In this document: positions 17,414 to 26,985 of the stretch, one piece after another | Numbering within the stretch: the first letter of the stretch is position 1 | Layout of the letters: every line of letters begins with the position of its first letter | Source of the DNA: Telmatocola sphagniphila | GTDB taxonomy: Bacteria > Planctomycetota > Planctomycetia > Gemmatales > Gemmataceae | Direction: 5' to 3' | NCBI RefSeq assembly: GCF_018398935.1 | Contig: NZ_CP074694.1 | Span: 390,001 to 422,000 of the forward strand | Length of the DNA stretch: 32,000 nt | Notes under the pieces: model-generated | The model's input: only the letters and a program-made list of their open reading frames with translations | Told to the model about the DNA's origin: nothing | The model's database searches: none | Translations under genes and position numbers: made by a program

Positions 17414-20335
17414 CTACTCCATTTGTAGAAAGATTACTTGGCCCGGGGATAGTTTCTTATCCCAACTTGCAGAGCCTGATTGTAAACGACCCACTTTAAG
17501 CCAAGTCAACAATCGATTCGAATCTCTAAATACGATGACTAAGTTGCCAGAGCGATTCGGGATACCGATATTTTGAAATTCCCCAGTATCTCCTTCGGGT
17601 TTAATCCAGCCGTACAATTGCGGAACAGATTTTCCTAAATTGCTGATCGCTCTCTCTCGACATTTCTTGAGTTCGCTCTGCAGTTCCAGCGGATGAGTTT
17701 GTGTGGCAAAGAATTCTTTTGCATTCCCTCTCGCTGATTGGAATTCTTTAGAAGAAGTATCCATCCAGTTGAGATCGGATCTGATACTGGTTTTATCGAA
17801 CTCTTGCACGGTAGCGACTTCCGTAGTTGATAATTCGGGCGAGGTTTTAAGTACCCAATCCAAGGTTCGTCTTAATAGGATCGCCTTGAGGGCCGGGTCC
17901 AGAGATTTCTCATTCCAAATTTCGACGAATAATTTATCGATCCAGGTTTTCCAATCGCCGAGATTGGCGTTCTTGACTTCCTGAGCTAGCTTCTTGCAAA
18001 GTGCCGCTTGTTTGACGAGTCCATTATTGGCGAAAGTGATATTTTTTAAATCGAATATCATCTGTTGACCCGGACTGTCCGTTTCGGATTTAACCACTGT
18101 GAAAGCCAACTTCGCCCTCTTATTCTCCTCGGCAAACTTAATTTTAGTATTCGGATTTTCAGTTATATGAAACGTCAAATTCTTCTGATTCAAACCGGCG
18201 CCGAGTCTGTAACCAATTGTGCCCCATTCCGTCATAGGTTTAGAGTCTAAAATTCCTTGCAGTTCGCGAAGTTTGAAGGAAACATCCCTTTCGTTCCGCT
18301 TCGATTCGTAGAGTTTCGATAAAGTTTCCAAAGGCAAAATCGTTTGCAGGGAATCGCGATTTTCTATGCTCGATAGATAATCCGAAATTCGTGCCGAGCC
18401 AGCGGCCTGTTCGCTGTCCCAGGTCGTTTGTTTGAATATCGAAAAATCCGTCTGAACTTTTGGCCAAGCGATGATCGATTGAACCGCATTGGCGTCCGCA
18501 AGTGCGATCCGAAGTGCCGATTGCGTTTCCGGATAGAATGAGGCACTTTCTGCGAGATCCCTGAGATCGCTAACCCAGTTTGAGTTCGGTGCTCTAGTCT
18601 TCCAATTATTTTCGACGCGATTGAGGGTTCTCCAGAACAATTCCCGCTTTGTTAAATCGGACAACAATTTCGCTAGTTGACCTTTCTCTTCGTCCAGCAG
18701 CATTTGATCCGCTGGTTCCAATAGCCTCGTCGGCAGTGGATTCATTTTTCCATCAAAGCGATTTCGGATCAATGTCAGTTCATCGAGAGCATTGCTCAAT
18801 TCCGCTGCCGAGTTGGGAACCGTCTCGAACCGGGTCAATTCGGGTTTTAGAGAGGCAATAGCCGTTCTTACCGCAGTCGTCACTTGCGATTTTTCTTCTC
18901 TCTCCTTCCTAGCTTTCTCCTCGTTCGCCTTGGCTAGCCGCGCCTGCTTTAGTGCTGTTGGATCCTGGACTTGAGCCTCGGACGTCTTTTTCGCTTTCGA
19001 ATCGGCTTCATCCCGATCCACATTGCGCCTGGAAGGAAGGAAAATCGCCGTAAGCAGTGCCGCTAGACCCAGCAAGACGAGTGCTGCGCCTCCCATGATG
19101 TATTTCTTGGAATTTTTGTGCGTTTCAAGTGGCGCAGAGGCTGGTTGTATAGCGACCTTTTTTTCTAGAGTTGGGGCCGTCGGTTTCAGCTCCGCAGTCG
19201 ATTTTTTTGATGCAGGGAGTGTTTGATGTACCGCGCTCCCTTTTGACAGTTCCAGAAGTTTATCGATAACTTCCTTGGGTGTTTGCGGACGTTCCGCAGG
19301 CGACTTGGCCATCATCTTTTGGATGAACCTGGATAGCTCGGACGAAACGTCATTTCGGAGTTGAGAAACATCGGGTCTCGGGTCATCCCAGTGCTTGAAG
19401 ATGAGGTCCGCGATGGACGCCCCTTCAAAAGGCGGTTTCCCCGTCAGTAAAAAAAAGAAGGTACAGCCCAATGAGTAAATGTCAGCCCGGATATCCGCAG
19501 TCTTCGCATTACGAGCTTGTTCAGGCGCCATGTAATCGGGGGTGCCCATCATCTCATTCGCACCAGTCAGACTGCGATCTCCTCCCCGGTCGTTTTCGCG
19601 ATTGAATTTTGCCAATCCGAAATCGGCGACCTTCAGTGTACCGCCTCGAGTCAGCATCAAGTTGCCCGGTTTGATATCCCTGTGAACCAACGATTTTGAC
19701 ATCCCGTACTGAAGAGCTTGCGCGGCCTGACGGATAAAGTTCATTGATTGAGGGACCGAGAGCGGTCCCTTGTTTTTCACTATTTCACCGAGATCCCGGC
19801 CATCCACAAATTCCATTTCGAAAAGCATGTATTCGCCAAATTTCTCGGCAGAGTACGCTCGTACCACATTCGGATGTTCCAGAGCCCCGGCAGAGATGAC
19901 TTCTTGAAGAAATCGGTCTCGAATGGCAGGGTTCCCGATCAATTCGGGCGGAATTAATTTAACCGCCACCTTTCGCTTCATCAGTTTGTGCTCGGCCAGC
20001 CAGACTACACCCATGCCGCCGCCGCCGAGTTTCTTCAAAAATGTATATTTCGATTGTTGAAGTAATGCCGGCGGTAGTTCCGATTCCGAAGAAATTTCGA
20101 TTTTGGACATTTCCGGAGTAGTCTCGGCCCCGCCCAATTTCGAATCATGGAAGATATCCTGCAGAGTCTCCCGCGATGTTTTGTCGAGCAGAGTTTTGCA
20201 TTGCAAGCAGTGGGAGACGTGATTCGCGACCTGCGGCAGGTCTGGAATAGATTTCCCCAGGGCAAAAGCGGCCAGCACCTCCTTGGGGGGGTGGTTTGTG
20301 AATCCACTTATCGTGTTCATGAGCGAGTTCCCCAA
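17414..20335 (-). CDS. Receptor Ser/Thr protein kinase K2: HX3CX2C N-terminal motif - kinase - TM - about 540-aa unassigned extracytoplasmic domain
   Basis: Same cytoplasmic layout as K1 and K3 (HVSHCLQC; LGGGGMGVVW, VAVKLI, HRDIKPGNLML, VADFGLAK, GTPDYMAPE). The TM is GGAALVLLGLAALLTAIFL. A charged coiled-coil region follows (KQARLAKANEEKARKEREEK), then a long region with no motif I recognise. The start is TTG at 20335, with an alternative ATG at 20320. Confidence 0.9.
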   Translation of the reverse strand: MGNSLMNTISGFTNHPPKEVLAAFALGKSIPDLPQVANHVSHCLQCKTLLDKTSRETLQDIFHDSKLGGAETTPEMSKIEISSESELPPALLQQSKYTFLKKLGGGGMGVVWLAEHKLMKRKVAVKLIPPELIGNPAIRDRFLQEVISAGALEHPNVVRAYSAEKFGEYMLFEMEFVDGRDLGEIVKNKGPLSVPQSMNFIRQAAQALQYGMSKSLVHRDIKPGNLMLTRGGTLKVADFGLAKFNRENDRGGDRSLTGANEMMGTPDYMAPEQARNAKTADIRADIYSLGCTFFFLLTGKPPFEGASIADLIFKHWDDPRPDVSQLRNDVSSELSRFIQKMMAKSPAERPQTPKEVIDKLLELSKGSAVHQTLPASKKSTAELKPTAPTLEKKVAIQPASAPLETHKNSKKYIMGGAALVLLGLAALLTAIFLPSRRNVDRDEADSKAKKTSEAQVQDPTALKQARLAKANEEKARKEREEKSQVTTAVRTAIASLKPELTRFETVPNSAAELSNALDELTLIRNRFDGKMNPLPTRLLEPADQMLLDEEKGQLAKLLSDLTKRELFWRTLNRVENNWKTRAPNSNWVSDLRDLAESASFYPETQSALRIALADANAVQSIIAWPKVQTDFSIFKQTTWDSEQAAGSARISDYLSSIENRDSLQTILPLETLSKLYESKRNERDVSFKLRELQGILDSKPMTEWGTIGYRLGAGLNQKNLTFHITENPNTKIKFAEENKRAKLAFTVVKSETDSPGQQMIFDLKNITFANNGLVKQAALCKKLAQEVKNANLGDWKTWIDKLFVEIWNEKSLDPALKAILLRRTLDWVLKTSPELSTTEVATVQEFDKTSIRSDLNWMDTSSKEFQSARGNAKEFFATQTHPLELQSELKKCRERAISNLGKSVPQLYGWIKPEGDTGEFQNIGIPNRSGNLVIVFRDSNRLLTWLKVGRLQSGSASWDKKLSPGQVIFLQME

Positions 20336-20855
20336 CAGCGATCGAAATAGTTGTCAAACTAAGTAATGCGCGAATCCAGGGATTCTTTCCCGATAAAAAC
20401 TTGGTCGAGAATTACACATCTGGATCGCCGCTAAAAGTCCAAGGGTGTTCCCTGAACTAACCCCATCGTAATGGCAAAAGCCTTCAGTTCGGTTCTTCTC
20501 CAATAATCGATCAAAATTCACGGGCACATACGATGAGACCTCATCAGATCACGCTGGCGATACTACTCCAAATTTCCATTTTATTCCAGCATAATGTTGC
20601 GAGTGCAATTGTTCAGTTCGATTCCGGAAACCGATAGTGCAGGCTAACTGCTGTATCGAAGGATAAAAGGCCAAAAGGGCTCTGCTACACTTTCGCGTCC
20701 AATAAAATGAGAAACAGTTTATCGAGCAACCATTCTTACCTTTTTATTAACGCGTTGGGCCTCCGAATTCTCAGAAATAGTATTTCCCAGCGGAGAAATA
20801 TCCGTTTATAACTGCCCTGAACGAATTTGGAAGTTGACCGGCTGAATGAGAAAAT

Positions 20856-23186
20856 ATGAAGTTCAAATATCGAATTGAATCTGCCCAAGGCATTTCGTCG
20901 GATAAAGAAGCGGTTGGACCGGTGATTCGCATCGGTCGCAGCGCGTCGATGGAAGTGCCGTTTGACGAGGCTTTGTTTCCTCAGGTTTCTTCGATCCATG
21001 CCGAATTGCAACTGAGGGCGAACTTCCTGATTGTACTTCCTCGGAGCCAGAGCAATCGAACGCTCTTGAATAACGAGGAAGTCAAAACGCAAGCTCCGGT
21101 GAAGGTCGGGGACCGTATACAACTGGGCTATACAGGCCCATTTCTACACGTTTTGGGCTTTGAGGCCGATCCCATCGGCAAACCCTCGGCAACGCCGCCG
21201 GTAGCCATCAAACCGATTGAGCCGGTTGAGTCCGGTAAGACCTTAACTGCGAGTGCCGAGCAACTCGCGGCTATACGTCAGGAGTTTTCGCAAGCTCTGA
21301 AGTTTGATGTGGCCGAAGGGGGAATCGTCGGTCGGGATGCCGGGGTGAAAATTCGCCTCGATCATCCCCTGGTCTCGCGAAAACACGCAGAGTTTTTCCT
21401 GAAGAATGGGAAGGTTGCATTACGGGATCTGGCGAGTGCGAATGGAACCTATGTCAACGGCGAGTTGCTATCGCGTCCGGTGGCTCTGAAATCTGGCGAC
21501 CGGATAAGTATCGGCCCCTTCGACCTGGTTTTGAATGGAACCGTTTTAACCAGTCTCAGCCGTTCCAATAATGTCGAATTAATCGCCCGAGGCATCGGCC
21601 GCACGGTGACCGATCGAGTTTCCAGATCGCAAATAAATCTTTTGAATAATATTCGCCTGGCAATTCGCCCGGGAGAATTTGCCTGTCTTTTGGGGCCCAG
21701 CGGCTCCGGAAAATCGACGTTGCTTTCGGTCCTGAGCGGTCGCTCGAGCCCGGAAAGCGGTCTGGTGGAAATCAACGGTATCGACTTGCATTCGAATTTT
21801 GAGTCGTTGAAAGGTGATATTGCGTTGGTGCCGCAAAAAGATGTGCTGCACGACGCTCTCTCAGTGCAGACGGCACTAGAATATACGGCGAAACTTCGCC
21901 TGCCGCCTGATACGAGTGCTCAGGAAAAAGCCGAGAATGTCCTGCGCTTGCTCGAGACAGTCGGTTTGGAAAAACGAGCCAGAACGCTCATTCGCAATCT
22001 GAGCGGCGGGGAACTGAAGAGGGCCAGTCTCGCAAATGAACTGCTCTGTCGACCGAGTTTGCTATTTCTTGATGAGGTCACCTCCGGCCTGGATGAACAG
22101 ACAGATAACGAGATCATGAAACTGTTCCGGAAGATCGCAGATTCGAATAAAACCGTCGTCTGTATTACACATAATCTCGCGAATGTGGAAGCTTGCTGTC
22201 ATCTGGTGATTATTCTCACTTCTGGAGGGCGTCTGGCATTCGTGGGAACGCCGGGCGAAGCCAAATCGTATTTCGCAGTATCGCGCCTGGGCGAAATCTA
22301 TCAGGTGTTGGCATCGGAATCGCCCGCGCATTGGGAGGAAAAATTCCAGAAGAGTAATCACCACAAAACTTACATTGCTTCGCGACTAAGCGCGAATTCG
22401 TCGCCGACCCCGAAGGCTTCGGTCGAGCATGTCCAGGCGGGACATGTTACCGGTGCGATTTTCCGTCAATGCTACACTTTGACGCAGCGTTATATCTCTA
22501 TCTGGAAAACCAACCGTCTGGCGCTTTTATTACTCCTGGGGCAATGCCTGCTGGTGGCAGCACTACTGGTGTTGGTATTCAAGGAATTAAAGAGCCCGAT
22601 TGAAACTCGTAATCTTCTCTTCCTGATGAACATAACCTGTCTTTGGCTCGGTTGTAACAACTCCGCCAAGGAACTCGTGAAGGAGCGAGTTATCTATACT
22701 CGGGAAAGAGATTTCAATTTACGGGCGATCAGCTATTTATTATCGAAGTTTTTGATTTTGATGGGAATCGGTTTGCTTCAAGTGTTGCTCCTGGTCGGCG
22801 TGGTGAACTCCGTTTGTCATCCCGAAGTTTCGTTCACGAAGCAACTTTATGTATTCGGGCTATCGGCACTGGTAGGTACCTCGCTGGGCCTATTTATCTC
22901 CGCTGCCTCGAAAACGGAAGAGGTGGCGATCGCTCTTGTGCCCATAGCGGTTATTCCCCAGATCATTCTGGCGGGGGCCATCGTCAGTCTCAGTGGAGTT
23001 AGCCAGAGGCTCAGCCAGCTATTCATTACCGACTATTGGACGCAGCAGCTATTGGACGGAGCGTTACCGAATGCGGGTCGGGTACAGGAGAGTGCTACCA
23101 GCTGTTTTCTTGCGATTGGGCTGCATGCCACGTTTTTTCTTGTAGCTACTTATCTTCTGCTCCGAAAAAGTAAGCCTTCGATCTGA
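20856..23186 (+). CDS. FHA-FHA-ABC transporter (two N-terminal FHA domains, ABC ATPase, ABC-2/ABCG-type permease), Rv1747-like architecture
   Basis: - FHA-1: IRIGRSASMEVPF...VSSIHAELQL...DRIQLGYTGP.
- FHA-2: IVGRDAGVKIRLDHPLVSRKHAEFFLKNGKVALRDLASANGTYVNG.
- ATPase motifs: Walker A GPSGSGKST, signature LSGGELKR, Walker B LLFLDEVTSGLD.
- The C-terminal approximately 250 aa carry multiple TM helices. Confidence 0.92.
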   Translation: MKFKYRIESAQGISSDKEAVGPVIRIGRSASMEVPFDEALFPQVSSIHAELQLRANFLIVLPRSQSNRTLLNNEEVKTQAPVKVGDRIQLGYTGPFLHVLGFEADPIGKPSATPPVAIKPIEPVESGKTLTASAEQLAAIRQEFSQALKFDVAEGGIVGRDAGVKIRLDHPLVSRKHAEFFLKNGKVALRDLASANGTYVNGELLSRPVALKSGDRISIGPFDLVLNGTVLTSLSRSNNVELIARGIGRTVTDRVSRSQINLLNNIRLAIRPGEFACLLGPSGSGKSTLLSVLSGRSSPESGLVEINGIDLHSNFESLKGDIALVPQKDVLHDALSVQTALEYTAKLRLPPDTSAQEKAENVLRLLETVGLEKRARTLIRNLSGGELKRASLANELLCRPSLLFLDEVTSGLDEQTDNEIMKLFRKIADSNKTVVCITHNLANVEACCHLVIILTSGGRLAFVGTPGEAKSYFAVSRLGEIYQVLASESPAHWEEKFQKSNHHKTYIASRLSANSSPTPKASVEHVQAGHVTGAIFRQCYTLTQRYISIWKTNRLALLLLLGQCLLVAALLVLVFKELKSPIETRNLLFLMNITCLWLGCNNSAKELVKERVIYTRERDFNLRAISYLLSKFLILMGIGLLQVLLLVGVVNSVCHPEVSFTKQLYVFGLSALVGTSLGLFISAASKTEEVAIALVPIAVIPQIILAGAIVSLSGVSQRLSQLFITDYWTQQLLDGALPNAGRVQESATSCFLAIGLHATFFLVATYLLLRKSKPSI

Positions 23187-23187
23187 T

Positions 23188-26016
23188 CTAGCTATCCAGA
23201 ATCCAATCGACGGGAGTCGCGGGCAGTTCTGGCAGTCCATCGAAAAGTAACTTGCCTTCTGGAGTGGTCACACGGAAGTTGCGAAATTTTGCCGCGGTGC
23301 GCCAGGTACGCACGCCAATGCCTCCTTCGGGATTTCGATCTGTTTGAAAATCGAAGGCAGCCTCGTTATCGATGAACCCTTGGAATCGATTGCCGCGCAC
23401 GCGAATTTCCAACTTGTACCATTGGTTGTCCGCCATTGGATTGGTCCTCCGTTCTCGCATACGTTTACGGTCGGATCCTACCAGGGAAACGGCCGATTCC
23501 ACCAGACCTATGTAACGGCCCAGGATGAATTCACTTCGGCCATCATTATTTGCACGATAAACTAGTCCAGCCTCGCCGCGACCACTGATTTTCATGACCT
23601 CGCAGCTAAAGTCATAATTCTTCCAATTTTTATCGCCGAAAATCAGCGTGGAGTCTCCAAAGTCCGGGGACTGTTGAAGCAATTCCCCGTTCACGATCGT
23701 CCAATCTCCGGGTGCATTTTTGAAGCTCTGACGAAGTTTAGGATCGACGCTCGGAACTCGCGGCTCATTTTTTTCAGGGAGGTTGAACTGAAGATCCTGT
23801 GGCAGTTCCTTAATTTCGATGTTGCGATAGCGAATATCACCCGTTCGCTTTAAAAGGCCGATGCGACCGGAGTATCGTCTCAGACCGGGATTTAGTAAGC
23901 TTGGCTGGGCTATTTTATTTAGCATAACATTCTGTAATTCTTGACCATTGACTGACATGCGAAAAGATTGGCCCTTAAGTTCTATCTCCAATTCGTTCCA
24001 TTCGCCTAAATTCTTTAAATTGCATCGATTATCCGGTAACAGTATCGGAGAGCTACCCATGTATGCCACTGACCACCACAACGAACCTGTAGGGAAATTC
24101 GTAGTTGTCGAATTTTCAAGAAATGCCGTGAGATGCAAGGGTTGATTATTTCCAGTTATCCTGGACGGATCGGTGTTGCTAGCGCGTTCTCCGGGTACTG
24201 CACGAAAGGCGATACCACTCAGAATTTCTTTAGATAGTTGTTGAAATTGACATCGCAGAATGAAATCCTTGTAATCTCTATCTGACAAAAGATAACTCTG
24301 ATCCTGAAGCGCATACCACCCGCTTTCCGAGGCAAGACCGTGCACCGTCAAAGTCCCCTCTTGCACTTTCCAGGCGTTCACATCTCCACTATCCACGACC
24401 CATCCGGTTAAATCTTTGCCATTAAATAGCGAAACGAATCCGTCTTGAGACTTCGTTTCCAATCGAGACGAAAATAGCTTCTTTCCACCGGGCTCAATCG
24501 CGAACTTCTCACTCAAAATGGTCAATTCCCCACTGCGAATTTCGATTTTATGTTGTTTTCGAGCCGTGACGCGCAATTCGATAGGCTGATCCTTTTTGGG
24601 CACAAAGTTGATCTTTTCGCCATCGATGGTGACTTCGGCATTTTCCGGAAAGTTCACCAAGGAGATTGTGCCGTCTCCGGTTTTGAACCAGAACAGACCT
24701 GCAGTAGTGAGAAGTCCCAGAGTTGCAAAAATAATCACCGCACTAACAATAGTTGGCCTTCTCGTTTTCAGCTTGCGATTCTCACTGACTTCAAGCTCCT
24801 TTTTCGGTTGACTTGGGAGGGTATCGGAAACTACCGTTTTGTTCCGCCCGGAATCAGATCCGACGAGAGTTTCCGATTTGGACTTCATTCCGTTCGTTAT
24901 CACGGGGGCAGATTGAAGGTCTGCACTGAACCTGTTAAGCCCATCGATAACTTCTTTGGGTGTCTGCGGTCGATTCGCGGGGTCCTTGTCCATCATTTTT
25001 TGAACGAACCGAGCCAACTCCTCGGGAACATCGTTTCGCAACACAGACACATCCGGTCGGGGATCCTCCCAGTGCTTAAAAATCAGATCGGCCAGCGAAA
25101 CGCCATCGAAGGGCGGCTTGCCCGTCAGCAAGAAGTAAAAGGTGCAACCGAGGGAGTAGATGTCGGCTCGAATATCGGCGGTTTTCGCATCCCTTGCTTG
25201 TTCCGGGGCCATGTAATCGGGCGTACCCATGATGGCATTCGTACCGGTGAGGCTGCGACCTCGCGACTTATCTGTTTCTCGACTAAATTTCGCCAGACCG
25301 AAGTCAGCCACCTTGATAGTTCCATTGCGTGTCAGCATCAAGTTGCCTGGCTTGATATCCCGGTGCACCAGCGATTTCCCCATGCCATGCTGCAAAGCCT
25401 GCGCGGCCTGACGAATATATTTCAGTGCATGAGCTACCGGCAGGGGACCTTTGAGCTTCACGACCTCGCTCAAATCTTTACCATCCACGAACTCCATCTC
25501 GAAAAGCATGTAGGGACCGAATTCTTCGGCGGCGTAGGCCCTGACGACATTCGGGTGTTCCAGGGCCGCGGCCGAGACGACTTCTTGCAAGAATCTATCT
25601 CGCACCGTCGGATTGCCGATCATCTCGGGCGGAATCAATTTCACGGCCACCTTGCGTTTCATCAGGTTGTGCTCGGCGAGCCAAACTACTCCCATGCCTC
25701 CGCCGCCGAGCTTTTTCAGAAAGGTATATTTCGTCTGTTGTCGCAACTCGAGCGGCAACTCTTCACTGGGAACAACCGTTGATTTCGCGATTTGAGATCC
25801 CGTTAAACTGGACCCGGGTTTGGCTTTGTTGAGAATGCCCAGGAAGGTGTCTCGGGGAGTTTTGGCTATCAGGGTTTCGCAGCGGGCACAATTGGCCACG
25901 TGCTCGGCAATCGTTTCCGCGTTGGGAATTGCCTTTCCCAAAGCAAAAGCAGCCAGTTCCTCGTTGGCGGGATGATTCGGAGGGGTATTCTGAGTCTTCA
26001 CAAGCGAGTTCTCCAA
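23188..26016 (-). CDS. Receptor Ser/Thr protein kinase K3: HX3CX2C N-terminal motif - kinase - TM - PEGA-like - two DUF1080 domains
   Basis: The N-terminal motif is HVANCARC and the kinase motifs are intact. The TM is IVSAVIIFATLGLLTTAGLFWF, and the PEGA-like segment is LVNFPENAEVTIDGEKI. DUF1080 number 1 is GFVSLFNGKDLTGW...YRNIEIKEL. DUF1080 number 2 is GDWTIVNGELL...WYKLEIRVRGNRF...KFRNFRVTT. The start is TTG at 26016. Confidence 0.92.
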   Translation of the reverse strand: MENSLVKTQNTPPNHPANEELAAFALGKAIPNAETIAEHVANCARCETLIAKTPRDTFLGILNKAKPGSSLTGSQIAKSTVVPSEELPLELRQQTKYTFLKKLGGGGMGVVWLAEHNLMKRKVAVKLIPPEMIGNPTVRDRFLQEVVSAAALEHPNVVRAYAAEEFGPYMLFEMEFVDGKDLSEVVKLKGPLPVAHALKYIRQAAQALQHGMGKSLVHRDIKPGNLMLTRNGTIKVADFGLAKFSRETDKSRGRSLTGTNAIMGTPDYMAPEQARDAKTADIRADIYSLGCTFYFLLTGKPPFDGVSLADLIFKHWEDPRPDVSVLRNDVPEELARFVQKMMDKDPANRPQTPKEVIDGLNRFSADLQSAPVITNGMKSKSETLVGSDSGRNKTVVSDTLPSQPKKELEVSENRKLKTRRPTIVSAVIIFATLGLLTTAGLFWFKTGDGTISLVNFPENAEVTIDGEKINFVPKKDQPIELRVTARKQHKIEIRSGELTILSEKFAIEPGGKKLFSSRLETKSQDGFVSLFNGKDLTGWVVDSGDVNAWKVQEGTLTVHGLASESGWYALQDQSYLLSDRDYKDFILRCQFQQLSKEILSGIAFRAVPGERASNTDPSRITGNNQPLHLTAFLENSTTTNFPTGSLWWSVAYMGSSPILLPDNRCNLKNLGEWNELEIELKGQSFRMSVNGQELQNVMLNKIAQPSLLNPGLRRYSGRIGLLKRTGDIRYRNIEIKELPQDLQFNLPEKNEPRVPSVDPKLRQSFKNAPGDWTIVNGELLQQSPDFGDSTLIFGDKNWKNYDFSCEVMKISGRGEAGLVYRANNDGRSEFILGRYIGLVESAVSLVGSDRKRMRERRTNPMADNQWYKLEIRVRGNRFQGFIDNEAAFDFQTDRNPEGGIGVRTWRTAAKFRNFRVTTPEGKLLFDGLPELPATPVDWILDS

Positions 26017-26193
26017 GTCGACAAAATCCGCGGTCTTAAAAAATCCTATTTATGCCGGCCTGAGTTCTTTCGATAATGAATCGATGCCCTGATAAGCTTA
26101 TCCAAAATGGGCCGCCCCGTTGGGATAAATTCAAAAAGAAGACTCACGTAACTCGCATGCTTTATGGCATGAAAATGAAAAGTGAATCTTCGC

Positions 26194-26985
26194 TCAAGAT
26201 TGCGATTCTTTTTTCTTGGCGATCAACTTTATAACGCTATCGGCGAAGGCATTTCCCATATCGACCAGACCACTCGTGGTGTAGTGCAAGTTGTCTGAAC
26301 CTTTTTTGAAATTATCGCAGTCTATAAAAGCGTAACTCAGCTCTTTGCAGTTCTCGATAGCTTTACGAACCTTAGCTTCGAACGGAAATTTATTCGTGGG
26401 AGGATTGACCCGACCCGCAACAAAAATTAATTCAGGATTGGCTAAATCCTTTCTGGCCCGGCGAATGAACGATTGCAAATTCCCCGCATAGGAACTGGCC
26501 ATTTTCTGATCCTTCGAATCGGCTTCCCCTTGCATCCAGAGCATACCGACGATCTCGATTTTCCTAATCTTCTTCGCATCATTTACTTTCTTAATCAGTT
26601 CTGTGTATAGAGATTTTGCATTTGTCGGCGACCATTGGATGGCTAGGTTGGTTCCTCCAATACTATGCTTGATAATTCCGATAGGCATTTTAAGCTCCTC
26701 GGTGATTTTGTGTCCGAACGCGATTTCAGGACCGAAACCGGTCTTCTCTGTTCTGCCAGGTACCAGTGAAATCCACTTGCCCTCGGAAAAGAACAATGCG
26801 TTTTCCTGTTCTTTCTTGAGTTCCGGAGGCAACTCGGAGATAACGGCTCCTGCCCCAACCATATTCGACTGGCCTGCCAAGACAAACACTTTCAGCGGTT
26901 TCGAGTCCTGCGCGGCGGCTTCGGAATTGCTCGACCTAGCTGCGATGATCAACAAACAACAGAGACGAAAAATGCACTTGGTCAT
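26194..26985 (-). CDS. Secreted sialate O-acetylesterase-like (SASA/DUF303, SGNH-type) carbohydrate esterase
   Basis: Start chosen at the complement ATG at 26983..26985, giving a signal peptide (MTKCIFRLCCLLIIAARSSNSEAAA). The VFVLAGQSNMVGAG catalytic-Ser block, WMQGEADS and HYTTSGLVDMGNAFA are typical of the family. Confidence 0.7.
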   Translation of the reverse strand: MTKCIFRLCCLLIIAARSSNSEAAAQDSKPLKVFVLAGQSNMVGAGAVISELPPELKKEQENALFFSEGKWISLVPGRTEKTGFGPEIAFGHKITEELKMPIGIIKHSIGGTNLAIQWSPTNAKSLYTELIKKVNDAKKIRKIEIVGMLWMQGEADSKDQKMASSYAGNLQSFIRRARKDLANPELIFVAGRVNPPTNKFPFEAKVRKAIENCKELSYAFIDCDNFKKGSDNLHYTTSGLVDMGNAFADSVIKLIAKKKESQS

